A stretch of 49,590 nucleotides of DNA from contig JAAYGP010000274.1 in the NCBI GenBank assembly GCA_012727625.1, forward strand, positions 1-49,590. The letters are read 5' to 3'. The translations under genes and the position numbers were made by a program. This DNA is from Clostridiaceae bacterium (GTDB lineage Bacteria; Bacillota; Clostridia; DSM-8532). The notes under the pieces are model-generated. The model was not told the DNA's origin and did not search any database. It worked only from the letters and a program-made list of their open reading frames with translations. This document shows, piece by piece, positions 39,710 to 47,824 of the stretch (within the stretch, counting starts at the first letter, position 1; each line of letters opens with the position of its first letter).

Positions 39710-40294
39710 TTAAGGCTTAGGGAATTTGTTTATAAAAAGTATGTCTTCAAGCTTTCTTTTCGGTGTGTGCAAAACTCCGTTTTCATCCTTATAGTTTTTT
39801 ATTGTGTCTTTATAATCTTCAACAACCGGTTCTTCGGCGGGGTATCCCAAGGCAATCAAGGTATCCACCTCAAGATTTTCAGGCATATTAAAGAATTTTT
39901 TCATTGAATCGCGTTCAATTGAGCCAATCCAGCAGCTTCCAATCCTTTCCCCCATTGCGGCCAGCATAATGTTTTGCGCCGCAGCTCCCGCATCGTGCTG
40001 ATAACCGCTTTTCCGAATGTTTGTATCGGCAAGTATTACTATATATGCCACAGGCTCTTCGCCTTTTTTAGGATTGCCATGTGGGGCGATGTACCCTAAC
40101 CACTTAACAAGTTCAAAGACTTTATCAACACATTCTTTTTCATCCACTATTAAAAACTTTAAAGGCTGAAGATTAGCGGCTGACGGGGCAAGCCTTGCCG
40201 CCTGAACAAAACTTACAAGCGTTTCACGATCGATTTTTATTTGCTTGAATTTTCTGATGGACCTTCTGTTCATTATTGCATCATTGATATTCAA
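39710..40294 (-). CDS. Nitroreductase family protein
   Basis: RRSIRKF, APSAANLQP, DAGAAAQNIMLAA..IGSCWIG, IALGYP, RKLED; TTG start after AAGGGGGA. Confidence 0.92.
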   Translation of the reverse strand: MNINDAIMNRRSIRKFKQIKIDRETLVSFVQAARLAPSAANLQPLKFLIVDEKECVDKVFELVKWLGYIAPHGNPKKGEEPVAYIVILADTNIRKSGYQHDAGAAAQNIMLAAMGERIGSCWIGSIERDSMKKFFNMPENLEVDTLIALGYPAEEPVVEDYKDTIKNYKDENGVLHTPKRKLEDILFINKFPKP

Positions 40295-40507
40295 CTTAAA
40301 TCCCCCTTAATCTGTAGTATTTAAACCTGATGCTTTTAAAGTTAAATATAACAATCCGCCTACTATTTTAACCTATCTTTTTCATGATATCAATGAATCA
40401 GGCAATTATGCAGCAACTGCTTTAAGTTGTACCAGGTGAAAAGCTGACACTTTTCAAAAGCCAGGATATATACTTAAATATACCAGAAATGCTGTAACAT
40501 AACAAAT

Positions 40508-40542
40508 AAAAAAAATCTGTATGCAGAGAGCCTGCATACAGA
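40508..40542 (-). terminator. Intrinsic terminator of the 40556..40939 gene
   Basis: TCTGTATGCAG-agagc-CTGCATACAGA perfect stem with a plus-strand A-run at 40508-40515 (T tract on minus). Confidence 0.8.
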
Positions 40543-40555
40543 AAATCATTGGAGG

Positions 40556-40939
40556 TTAGAAACACACAAAATCACTGATATTTTCAAGATCAGTACCAAA
40601 GTAGACCCAATTGAATCCGGTCCAGCGCCAGCCTGCCACTGATCGGGGTCCGACAAAAACAAGCCACGCCCAGAACTGCCGGCCGTTTACAAGCCATATA
40701 TATACAAATCGGAATAAGCATGGTCGAATGGCACCGGGATCAACAGCAAATATTGTTGGCCCGCCGCGTTGCGCCGGAATAAATGATGGCGGCGGTTGAG
40801 TCGGTGGTCCGCCTTGCTGACCGGGAGGTCCAAAGGGCGGTCTTACGCCGGGAGGACCGAACTGTCCGGGAACCCCCGGTATTATGAATTGTCTGAAAAA
40901 CCTTTGTATAGGAAGTTGTGCCGATCTTTCATCAGGCAT
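40556..40939 (-). CDS. Small Pro/Gly-rich, Trp-rich protein, probably spore-coat associated
   Basis: PGQFGPPG low-complexity N-half, then AVDPGAIRPCLFRFVYIWL.NG..FW...VG.RSVAGWRW; GAGGTG RBS; SigK-like promoter; own terminator. Confidence 0.7.
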   Translation of the reverse strand: MPDERSAQLPIQRFFRQFIIPGVPGQFGPPGVRPPFGPPGQQGGPPTQPPPSFIPAQRGGPTIFAVDPGAIRPCLFRFVYIWLVNGRQFWAWLVFVGPRSVAGWRWTGFNWVYFGTDLENISDFVCF

Positions 40940-40969
40940 CTAATCACCACCTCAATAAAACTTGTACTA

Positions 40970-40997
40970 TATCATATGGAAAAGCTGTGTGTTTGGT
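40970..40997 (-). promoter_or_regulatory. SigK-like promoter
   Basis: Minus strand ACC, 16 nt, CATATGATA. Confidence 0.5.
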
Positions 40998-41048
40998 CAC
41001 AGTTGACATAAAAAATGCAGATAATAATGAAAAATTCTTAGGGTTAAG

Positions 41049-41077
41049 TCATAATTTCGGGACAACATCAATATTAT
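41049..41077 (+). promoter_or_regulatory. SigE-like promoter
   Basis: TCATAAT, 14 nt, AATATTAT upstream of the SipL-like gene. Confidence 0.45.
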
Positions 41078-41113
41078 ATACAAAATGCAATTTGTGCCTT
41101 AAGGGGGATTATT

Positions 41114-42652
41114 ATGTCTGTTGAATTGATAAAAAGACCGGTTAATGTGTATAGGACCGTTGACGAGCAGCAGAAGGAAGAACTTCTGGAAACAGGTATA
41201 ATTGTGCCGGACAGCAAGCCTGATGTTCTTGAAGTTCTTGTTGTGGATACCGATGTTGTTGTAAAAACCCGGGAAAAGACAGGAAAAGTAATGGAGGTAG
41301 GCGGGGAAATATGTTACCAGGTACTTTACCGGGCTGACAATCAGGAAAAAAGCCTTGAGGCTATTAATGTAAAATCCCCATGGTCCATATCCTGCAACTA
41401 CCCGGCAGGGGACGAAGAAGTTTATACAATTGTAAAAAGCAGCATAGAACACACCAGTATTGATATTGTGAACGGAAGAAAGCTAAGCGCGAAATCAGTT
41501 TTAAAGCTTAATATAAAATACATAAAAGCAAAGAATGAGGATGCAGGAGAGGCTGTTCAGGGCGAAAAGATATATCAGAAAACAGATCCGCAGAAAATAA
41601 CCATGTTGGAGGATATCGGTGAAAAGGTCATAAACGTGGCTGAAAATGTCGATATCGGTGATAATAAGCCTGTAATAAATGAAATTATATACAGTAATGC
41701 GACTTTGAAAAACGTTAATATCCTGGAAAATATGGTTCTTAACTGCATGCTGGAAGTGGACTGTTTATACAGAGCTGAAGATGATAATTCAAGAATTGAA
41801 AATGTTCATGTTAATATTCCTGTGGAAAAAAATCTTGAGGTGGAAAATATAAATTATTCTGATGTTTCAGTTAATGCCTGTGTTAAATCTCTTTCTTTAA
41901 AACCGGATGAAGATATTGACGGCCTTTTGACAATAATAAGAATTGATGCTGAAATCGCCGTGGAATACAGTATGTTTTCAAAAGAAAATGCTTATTTGGT
42001 TAAAGATGCCTATTCAATGGATTATGATTTTGAACTGGAGAAAAAGACAGTTAAGTTGGGAGTTGAAGAAAGGGAAATCCGTGACAATATCCAGGTAAAC
42101 GGTAATATGACGCTGGATTCTGGTGGTGAGGCCGTTGAAGAGATTTTATTGCTTACAGCCAAGCCCAGAATTTTGTCTGCGGAAAAGGTTAATGACAGCA
42201 TTGAAGTTAACGGGTGTCTGGACATTTGTGTACTTTACTGCACCGGAATGGATATGAGAGTTATGAGAGGTTCAAACCAGGAACTGTCATTCACTCACAG
42301 AATTCCTTTACCTGAGCCGGAAGCAGATTATGAAGAGGATATAAACCTTTCGATAAATGAAAGCAGTTATGAAATTGTGTCCGACGCAAATGTGGATATA
42401 AAGGCGGAACTTGAGGTTAAAGCGCATCTTTCAAAAAAGCGGGATATGGATTTGGTTATAGGGATCAAAGATATAAAAATTTATGAGAAAAAAGAAAATC
42501 CGCCGCTGTTGTTCTATTACGCACAGAAAGGCGACACCCTGTGGGACATTGCAAAGAAATACAGGGTTCCCGTGCAGAAAATATTGAACGACAACGAGAT
42601 GACAGAAGAAATTGAGCCTGAGGAAGGACGGAAAATTCTGCTGATTGAATAA
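41114..42652 (+). CDS. SPOCS (DUF3794) repeat + C-terminal LysM spore-coat morphogenetic protein, SipL-like
   Basis: IIVPDSKPDV.EVL, three similar beta-rich repeats, C-terminal YYAQKGDTLWDIAKKYRV LysM; upstream of ispE as is common in Clostridia. Confidence 0.88.
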   Translation: MSVELIKRPVNVYRTVDEQQKEELLETGIIVPDSKPDVLEVLVVDTDVVVKTREKTGKVMEVGGEICYQVLYRADNQEKSLEAINVKSPWSISCNYPAGDEEVYTIVKSSIEHTSIDIVNGRKLSAKSVLKLNIKYIKAKNEDAGEAVQGEKIYQKTDPQKITMLEDIGEKVINVAENVDIGDNKPVINEIIYSNATLKNVNILENMVLNCMLEVDCLYRAEDDNSRIENVHVNIPVEKNLEVENINYSDVSVNACVKSLSLKPDEDIDGLLTIIRIDAEIAVEYSMFSKENAYLVKDAYSMDYDFELEKKTVKLGVEEREIRDNIQVNGNMTLDSGGEAVEEILLLTAKPRILSAEKVNDSIEVNGCLDICVLYCTGMDMRVMRGSNQELSFTHRIPLPEPEADYEEDINLSINESSYEIVSDANVDIKAELEVKAHLSKKRDMDLVIGIKDIKIYEKKENPPLLFYYAQKGDTLWDIAKKYRVPVQKILNDNEMTEEIEPEEGRKILLIE

Positions 42653-42790
42653 AACCAGGGCAAACCATGATAAAGCCAACCATATATCATGAGGTATATC
42701 ATCAACTTCAATCCCGGCAGAGCAAAATAAAGGAGCTGCCCCGGTTAAAACCCAAGGGGGAACAAAAATAAAATGAGCGCTCAATATTTT

Positions 42791-42818
42791 AAGACAGGTT
42801 AAACAATCTGTCTTTTTT
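42791..42818 (+). terminator. Intrinsic terminator
   Basis: AAGACAGGTT-aaac-AATCTGTCTT-TTTTT. Confidence 0.7.
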
Positions 42819-42879
42819 GTTTGAAACAGGGGGCGAAAGAGCTTTCCTACGGTGTGGTTGCCATTCCGGCATTAATTTA

Positions 42880-42908
42880 TTGCGTTTTTTATGTATATTG
42901 TATATAAT
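42880..42908 (+). promoter_or_regulatory. SigA-type promoter for ispE-gntR
   Basis: TTGCGT, 17 nt, TATAAT. Confidence 0.65.
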
Positions 42909-43062
42909 ATTACAAGCAAATGGTGCATAACGCTATGAAGACAACTGTTTGCTGAATCGTTAACCATAGTTTACGACATCCGGGCAAAGTCACTGACGCA
43001 TATTATGCCCTTTGTTTTTATTATGATTTGGCAGTCACTTGCCGTTTTTAAGGGAAGTGGTT

Positions 43063-43929
43063 TTGATAACTATTTTAGCTCCGGCTAAGATTAACTTGTC
43101 ACTGGATGTGACGGGCAGGCTTGAAAACGGGTACCATACCCTGGAAATGATTATGCAGACAATATCTCTTTACGATGAGGTTTTGCTTCACAAGGCCGGG
43201 GACGGCATTGAAATTAAATGCGACAATCCTCTTGTGCCTGTTGATGAAAATAATATATGCCATAGAGCAGCAAAGATCTTTTTTGATAAAACCAGTATTT
43301 CCGGCGGTGTAATAATAGAGCTTAAAAAAAGAATTCCGCAGGGTGCCGGCCTTGCAGGTGGAAGCGCCGATGCGGCAGCGGTTTTAAAGGGTTTGAATAT
43401 TATGTATTCTGCCGGGTTTTCAACGAATGAATTGCTTGAGCTTGGTCTTGAGTGCGGAGCGGACGTACCCTTTTGTATTGCAGGGGGCACATGCTTTGCC
43501 GGAGGTATAGGCGAAAAGCTTACAAAACTCCCGTCATTTGCGGGTTTTTATGTTATTGTAATAGTACCGGAATTTGCTGTCTCCACAGCCTGGGTGTACC
43601 GGAATTTCCGGATGGATGCTTGTATTAAGCGCCCTGACAATAAAATGCTTGCTGAAGCAATAAAAAAAAGAGATCTCAGGTCACTGGCCCAGGGCATGGT
43701 TAATGTGCTTGAAAGTGTGACTGTGGCTAAATATCCTGAAATTGAGGGAATAAAAAAGGACATAAAAAGAAACGGAGCTTTGGGAAGCCTTATGAGCGGG
43801 AGCGGCCCTTCGGTTTTCGGACTGTTTGAAAGCGAAAGTTCGGCTCTTAAGGCATTCAGTGTTCTGAAAAACAGATACAGGTACATATATATGGTCTCAA
43901 CTGTGGACGGAGGAAGAGTTTATGGCTAA
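43063..43929 (+). CDS. ispE: 4-diphosphocytidyl-2-C-methyl-D-erythritol kinase
   Basis: APAKINLSLDV..R..GYH.LE, KRIPQGAGLAGGSADAA, GADVPFC, GIGEKL, VSTAWVY, MSGSGPSVFG; start between 43039 and 43063. Confidence 0.95.
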   Translation: MITILAPAKINLSLDVTGRLENGYHTLEMIMQTISLYDEVLLHKAGDGIEIKCDNPLVPVDENNICHRAAKIFFDKTSISGGVIIELKKRIPQGAGLAGGSADAAAVLKGLNIMYSAGFSTNELLELGLECGADVPFCIAGGTCFAGGIGEKLTKLPSFAGFYVIVIVPEFAVSTAWVYRNFRMDACIKRPDNKMLAEAIKKRDLRSLAQGMVNVLESVTVAKYPEIEGIKKDIKRNGALGSLMSGSGPSVFGLFESESSALKAFSVLKNRYRYIYMVSTVDGGRVYG

Positions 43930-44593
43930 AATTTCAAAAATAAAAATAGATGATTACATGCCCTTAAGGGATGTTATTTTCAATACGCTGCGGGACGCAA
44001 TTGTCGCAGGGGATTTAAAACCCGGGGAAAGGCTTATGGAAGTTGAACTGGCTGAACAGATGGGAGTCAGCCGGACACCTGTCAGGGAAGCAATCAGAAG
44101 GCTTGAAACCGAGGGTTTTGTAACATTGGTGCCAAGAAAAGGAACGCATGTGGCAGAGATAACCATTAAGGACATCATAGACGTACTTGAGGTAAGAGCT
44201 GCCCTGGACGGTCTTGCCACCGAACTTGCAGCCAAAAACATACGTCCGGAGCATCTCCGCCAGCTTGAAAATATTCATAAACAATATGCCGCGGCTTTGC
44301 AGAAGGAAAACCTTGCCATAGCTATAAAAAGAGATGTCGAGTTCCATGACGCCATATATAACGCGGCGGGAAACAATAAACTGATGAATGTCGCGGGGAA
44401 TTTAAGGGAACAGATTTACAGGTTCCGTGTGCTTTACATGAAGGATTTTTCCAACGCAGCTGATGTTTTGGATGAACACCAGCTCATATTGAAGGCATTG
44501 TCTGAAAAAGACCATGAAAGGGCGGCAATGCTGGCAAAGGAACATATAATTCACCAGCAGCAGGTTATCATACAGCAGATGGGTAAAAAATAG
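43922..44593 (+). CDS. GntR family (FCD) transcriptional regulator
   Basis: LRDAIVAGDLKPGERL.E.ELAEQMGVSRTPVREAI..L wHTH; D.EFH..I, EH..I FCD motifs. Confidence 0.93.
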   Translation: MAKISKIKIDDYMPLRDVIFNTLRDAIVAGDLKPGERLMEVELAEQMGVSRTPVREAIRRLETEGFVTLVPRKGTHVAEITIKDIIDVLEVRAALDGLATELAAKNIRPEHLRQLENIHKQYAAALQKENLAIAIKRDVEFHDAIYNAAGNNKLMNVAGNLREQIYRFRVLYMKDFSNAADVLDEHQLILKALSEKDHERAAMLAKEHIIHQQQVIIQQMGKK

Positions 44594-44603
44594 GATTTCA
44601 TTC

Positions 44604-44632
44604 TTGTTTTCTGATATATTTTGTGATAAAAT
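44604..44632 (+). promoter_or_regulatory. SigA-type promoter of rpsF-ssb
   Basis: TTGTTT, 17 nt, extended -10 TG-a-TAAAAT. Confidence 0.6.
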
Positions 44633-44637
44633 CAGCT

Positions 44638-44698
44638 TTGCTGTCAATAATCCTTGCTCCGTTTCAGGGGCCATAGTCCAGAAGGAGGTGAAACAGTC
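44638..44698 (+). promoter_or_regulatory. S6:S18-type ribosomal protein leader
   Basis: TCCTTGCTCC...GGGGCC...CCAGAAGGAGGTG; the 5' TCCTT can pair with the AAGGA of the RBS, as in Firmicutes rpsF leaders. Confidence 0.55.
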
Positions 44699-44998
44699 AT
44701 GAAAAAATACGAATCCATTTTTGTCATAAACCCATTGCTGGAAGATGATAAAATTCAGGAAATAGTCACCAGGGTTAAAAGCTTCATAGAGGAATCAGCC
44801 CAGCTTGAGAAAATCGACGAATGGGGAAAAAGACGTTTAGCTTATGAAGTAAATGATCAAAAAGAAGGGTATTTCACCCTTGTTCATTTTACGGCGGGCT
44901 CTGAATTCCCGGCTGAGCTGGAACGTATTTACAAAATAACTGAAGGCGTCATCAAATACATTATTGTAAGACGCGATGAAAAAGAAGAAAAAGAATAG
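44699..44998 (+). CDS. rpsF: 30S ribosomal protein S6
   Basis: MKKYESIFVINP...DEWGKRRLAYEV...EGYF...ELERIYKITEGVIKYIIVR; AAGGAGGTG RBS. Confidence 0.97.
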   Translation: MKKYESIFVINPLLEDDKIQEIVTRVKSFIEESAQLEKIDEWGKRRLAYEVNDQKEGYFTLVHFTAGSEFPAELERIYKITEGVIKYIIVRRDEKEEKE

Positions 44999-45012
44999 GT
45001 TATTTATTCTAT

Positions 45013-45206
45013 CGGATACGCCATAAGACTCTTTCCTTAAGGTGGGAGATTTGGGGCGGACTTAGCGGATATGACTTAATGCAGACATAAATGCCGCAAA
45101 AAATGTCCCGGCGGTCGGGCGGACCGTTTTTTTGCCTGTGGAGCTGCTGTGTTAACGGCACAATGAAGCAGGACTCTCTCGTCTTTCAGGATGGAGAGGA
45201 TGTCAA
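45013..45206 (+). mobile_element. Non-autonomous IS200/IS605-family element (left end + tnpB 3' end/omegaRNA region), copy 1
   Basis: About 88% identical to 45685-45877 by manual count; subterminal hairpins at both ends; encodes NADINAAKNV remnant; ends in ATGTCAA; no TIR or target duplication. Confidence 0.8.
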
Positions 45207-45219
45207 GGAGGTTGAATGC

Positions 45220-45675
45220 ATGAATAAAGTAATTTTAATGGGTCGTTTGACAGCGGATCCAGAGCTCAGGTACACTACGAACAACATCCCGGTATGCCGT
45301 TTCAGTATAGCAGTTGATCGCCAGTATGCAAAGCAGGGCGAGGAAAAACAGACTGATTTTTTTAATATTACAGCATGGAGGGCATCAGGAGAGTTTGCCA
45401 GCCGCTATTTTAAAAAAGGCATGCGCGTGCTGGTGGAGGGCTCAATCAGAAACAACAACTATGAGGACAGCCAGGGCATCAGACATTACACTGTTGAAAT
45501 CTGGGCTGACAGGTTGTATTTTGCGGACGGCAAGAGGGATGATTCGGCAAGTGGCGGATTTGCACAGCAACCTTCATATAAGACGCTGGAATCACAGGGT
45601 CAGCCGGTTATGCAGCCGGATTCAGGAGACGGATTTTTCCCGTTGATTGAAGACGATGATGACCTGCCATTCTGA
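45220..45675 (+). CDS. ssb: Single-stranded DNA-binding protein
   Basis: MNKVILMGRLTADPELRYT...FSIAVDR...DFF...KGMRVLVEG; acidic DDDDLPF tail; GGAGGT RBS. Confidence 0.97.
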   Translation: MNKVILMGRLTADPELRYTTNNIPVCRFSIAVDRQYAKQGEEKQTDFFNITAWRASGEFASRYFKKGMRVLVEGSIRNNNYEDSQGIRHYTVEIWADRLYFADGKRDDSASGGFAQQPSYKTLESQGQPVMQPDSGDGFFPLIEDDDDLPF

Positions 45676-45684
45676 ACAATTTAT

Positions 45685-45877
45685 CGGATACGCCGTAAGA
45701 CTCTTTCCTTAAGGTGGGAGATATAAGGCGGACTTAGCGGATATGAGCTTAATGCAGACATAAATGCTGCAAAGAATATCCCGGCGGTCGTGCTGACCGT
45801 TTCTGCCTGCGGAGCTGCTGTGTCAGAAGCGCAATGAAGCAGGAATCTCTTGTCTTTCAGGGCGGAGAGAATGTCAA
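45685..45877 (+). mobile_element. Non-autonomous IS200/IS605-family element, copy 2
   Basis: Preceded by TTTAT; translates GYELNADINAAKNIPAVVLTVSACG (TnpB RuvC-III tail); right end GAAGCAGGAATCTCTTGTCTTTCAGGGCGGAGAGAATGTCAA. Confidence 0.82.
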
Positions 45878-45954
45878 TATTTCCACACCGGTTTTAAAAA
45901 AACCAAAACGAAACGGGACTGGTTTCCCGCTTATTAAGCACTACAACAATATGC

Positions 45955-45989
45955 GCCCTTTTATTTTCAGAATAAAAGGGCTTTTTTTT
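45955..45989 (+). terminator. Intrinsic terminator of rpsF-ssb
   Basis: GCCCTTTTATT-ttcag-AATAAAAGGGC-T8. Confidence 0.85.
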
Positions 45990-46180
45990 ATGATGGTTCA
46001 TGGTAAACTTATATTATAATTGTTTCCAGATGGTTGCCTCCCGAAAAGTCGTATAACGATTTTCAGTGTTTTTGAACTGAGGTTGCCTGTATTTTATATT
46101 ATAAAATATTAAGCTCAATCAAGTATTCTCAGGTAAGCCTTTACCTGTTTGTCCGGACAACTCGTTTAGGAGGGGAATCT

Positions 46181-47674
46181 GTGCGTCATATAGTTGGAGT
46201 TGTTTTTTCAGTTGCAGCGGTTTTACTTGTAATGATGTGTATGCCCCGGACGGGCGCAATATACACACATGATTCTCAGTCATATGAATATGCCGCATCA
46301 ACTTTGCTTGAGTCAGGAGAAATGAAATACTTCGGATATGATACGCCAATTATCCAATGGCCGCCTTTTTACATTTTTGTATCTGCCGCAATAAAACTCG
46401 CGGGGGTTCCTTTTGCTCAGGGCGCGGCATGGGTTAACGCTTTTGCCTTTGCATATCTTGTTTATACCGCAAGTGTCTTTTTATTTGACTGTCTGAATGT
46501 TAAATGGCTTGCTGTTCCGGCGCTTGCCATGATTATAATTTCAGTGCCTCTTATTTTCATCTCAGGTTATGCCTGGTCTGAAATGCTGTTTATTTTTCTG
46601 TCTGTGCTTTCAATTGCGCTGATTCTTGAATATATAAAAAGGGAGAAGCAGTCATGGCTTGTTGCTGCGACTGTTATCTCAAGCCTTTGCTGGCTTACAA
46701 GGTATATAGGCATTGTGGTTATTGGTGTTTCGGCAATAGTTCTGCTTATTTGGGTTGAGCCATTTTGGGAAAAAATTAAAAAGACCTTTGTTTACATGGT
46801 TTTTTCATGTTTTCCAATGGCATTATGGGTGATAAGAAATTATATTTTTTCAGAAACCTTTACCGGTGGAAGATTGCCAGGCATATACACATTTAAGGAT
46901 AATGCTGATTTTTCCATGGAGACTTTCAAAGGATGGATTTCCTTTTCCAACCCAATGTTTGCCTGGATTTCAGCGGCTTTGTTTGCTTTATTTGCCATGC
47001 TGGCAATTTCAATGAAAAAAAACTCCAGGAAGAAGAAAAAAAGCTCTCCTGAGCTGTTTGCGTTTTTTCTTTATATAGTATTGTATTGCGGGGTTTTGCT
47101 TATTTCGGCCTCAAAGTCGGGAATGGATCCCCTGGATGACCGGTTATGGTCCCCGGTATTCCCTTTCTGGATTTTCACCCTGGTTTTGGCTTTTGACAGG
47201 CTTTTTAGCAGTATAAAAATGACAAAGGCAGTGAAATGGATGGCCGCAGGATTTACATTGTCCGCCGTAATTGCTGTTGTAAATCCTGCAATATGGCTCC
47301 AAAGCGAGGGACTGCCCAGGAAGGATGCCCTGATTGGTTCCAAGGAATCACCCATTGCTAAGCAATCGCCGGTACTTAAGTTTGCAATGGAACATATAAA
47401 ACCTGACGCAGACACCCTTGTAATAAGCAATAAAGCATCTGATTTCGCATTGCACACAAATTTGAAATGCTATTACCCGCCCAAAAAAAATGGTATTCCT
47501 CTTTACTCATACAGTCAATACAGTGAACGTATAGAGAATTTCAAGACTATATATCTTGTTTGGGCAGGAGACCCAATATCCGAGAGTTTTATGGACATAC
47601 CCGAATTCAGGGAGAAGTATGAACTTGAAAAAACTGCTCAAAATGAGTATTGTATAATATATAGGCTGAAGTGA
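46181..47674 (+). CDS. GT-C fold integral-membrane glycosyltransferase (ArnT/PMT_2-like)
   Basis: TM then THDS..Y...A first loop, WPPFY, WSEMLF, LTRYIG, WVIRNY, DDRL..P; about 11-13 TMs plus a C-terminal external domain; GTG start after AGGAGGGG. Confidence 0.75.
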   Translation: MRHIVGVVFSVAAVLLVMMCMPRTGAIYTHDSQSYEYAASTLLESGEMKYFGYDTPIIQWPPFYIFVSAAIKLAGVPFAQGAAWVNAFAFAYLVYTASVFLFDCLNVKWLAVPALAMIIISVPLIFISGYAWSEMLFIFLSVLSIALILEYIKREKQSWLVAATVISSLCWLTRYIGIVVIGVSAIVLLIWVEPFWEKIKKTFVYMVFSCFPMALWVIRNYIFSETFTGGRLPGIYTFKDNADFSMETFKGWISFSNPMFAWISAALFALFAMLAISMKKNSRKKKKSSPELFAFFLYIVLYCGVLLISASKSGMDPLDDRLWSPVFPFWIFTLVLAFDRLFSSIKMTKAVKWMAAGFTLSAVIAVVNPAIWLQSEGLPRKDALIGSKESPIAKQSPVLKFAMEHIKPDADTLVISNKASDFALHTNLKCYYPPKKNGIPLYSYSQYSERIENFKTIYLVWAGDPISESFMDIPEFREKYELEKTAQNEYCIIYRLK

Positions 47675-47824
47675 CAGTCTTATGTAAGGCTTGTTTTTAT
47701 GAAACAGCTGCATTGAATATTATCGTACACATAAAGGCAGCCTTTTATAAGGCTTGCTTTAATCTGCTGCCAGTTAATATAGAGGCAGAAATTAACAGCC
47801 GGTTTTAAATACCAGGGAGAAAAA

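Noticed and set aside
42657..43045. c-di-GMP riboswitch-like words (GGGCAAACC; GGCAAA..GACGCA..TGGCAGTCACTTGCC; GGTGCA..GCTATGAA)
   Set aside because: The P2 stem with its GAAA loop and the expected spacing are missing; treated as chance or too degenerate to call.
45091..45219. 43-aa N-terminal extension of Ssb in the ORF track
   Set aside because: It lies inside the inserted element; the canonical MNKVIL start at 45220 has a GGAGGT RBS.
45013..45877. Repeat pair as a CRISPR array or att sites
   Set aside because: Only two ~194-bp units with a TnpB remnant and IS605-type ends; no short repeat-spacer periodicity and no integrase.
45834..46019. 61-aa ORF after ssb as a possible rpsR
   Set aside because: Starts within the element right end, crosses the terminator and has no S18 motifs (IDYKD, GKILPRR).
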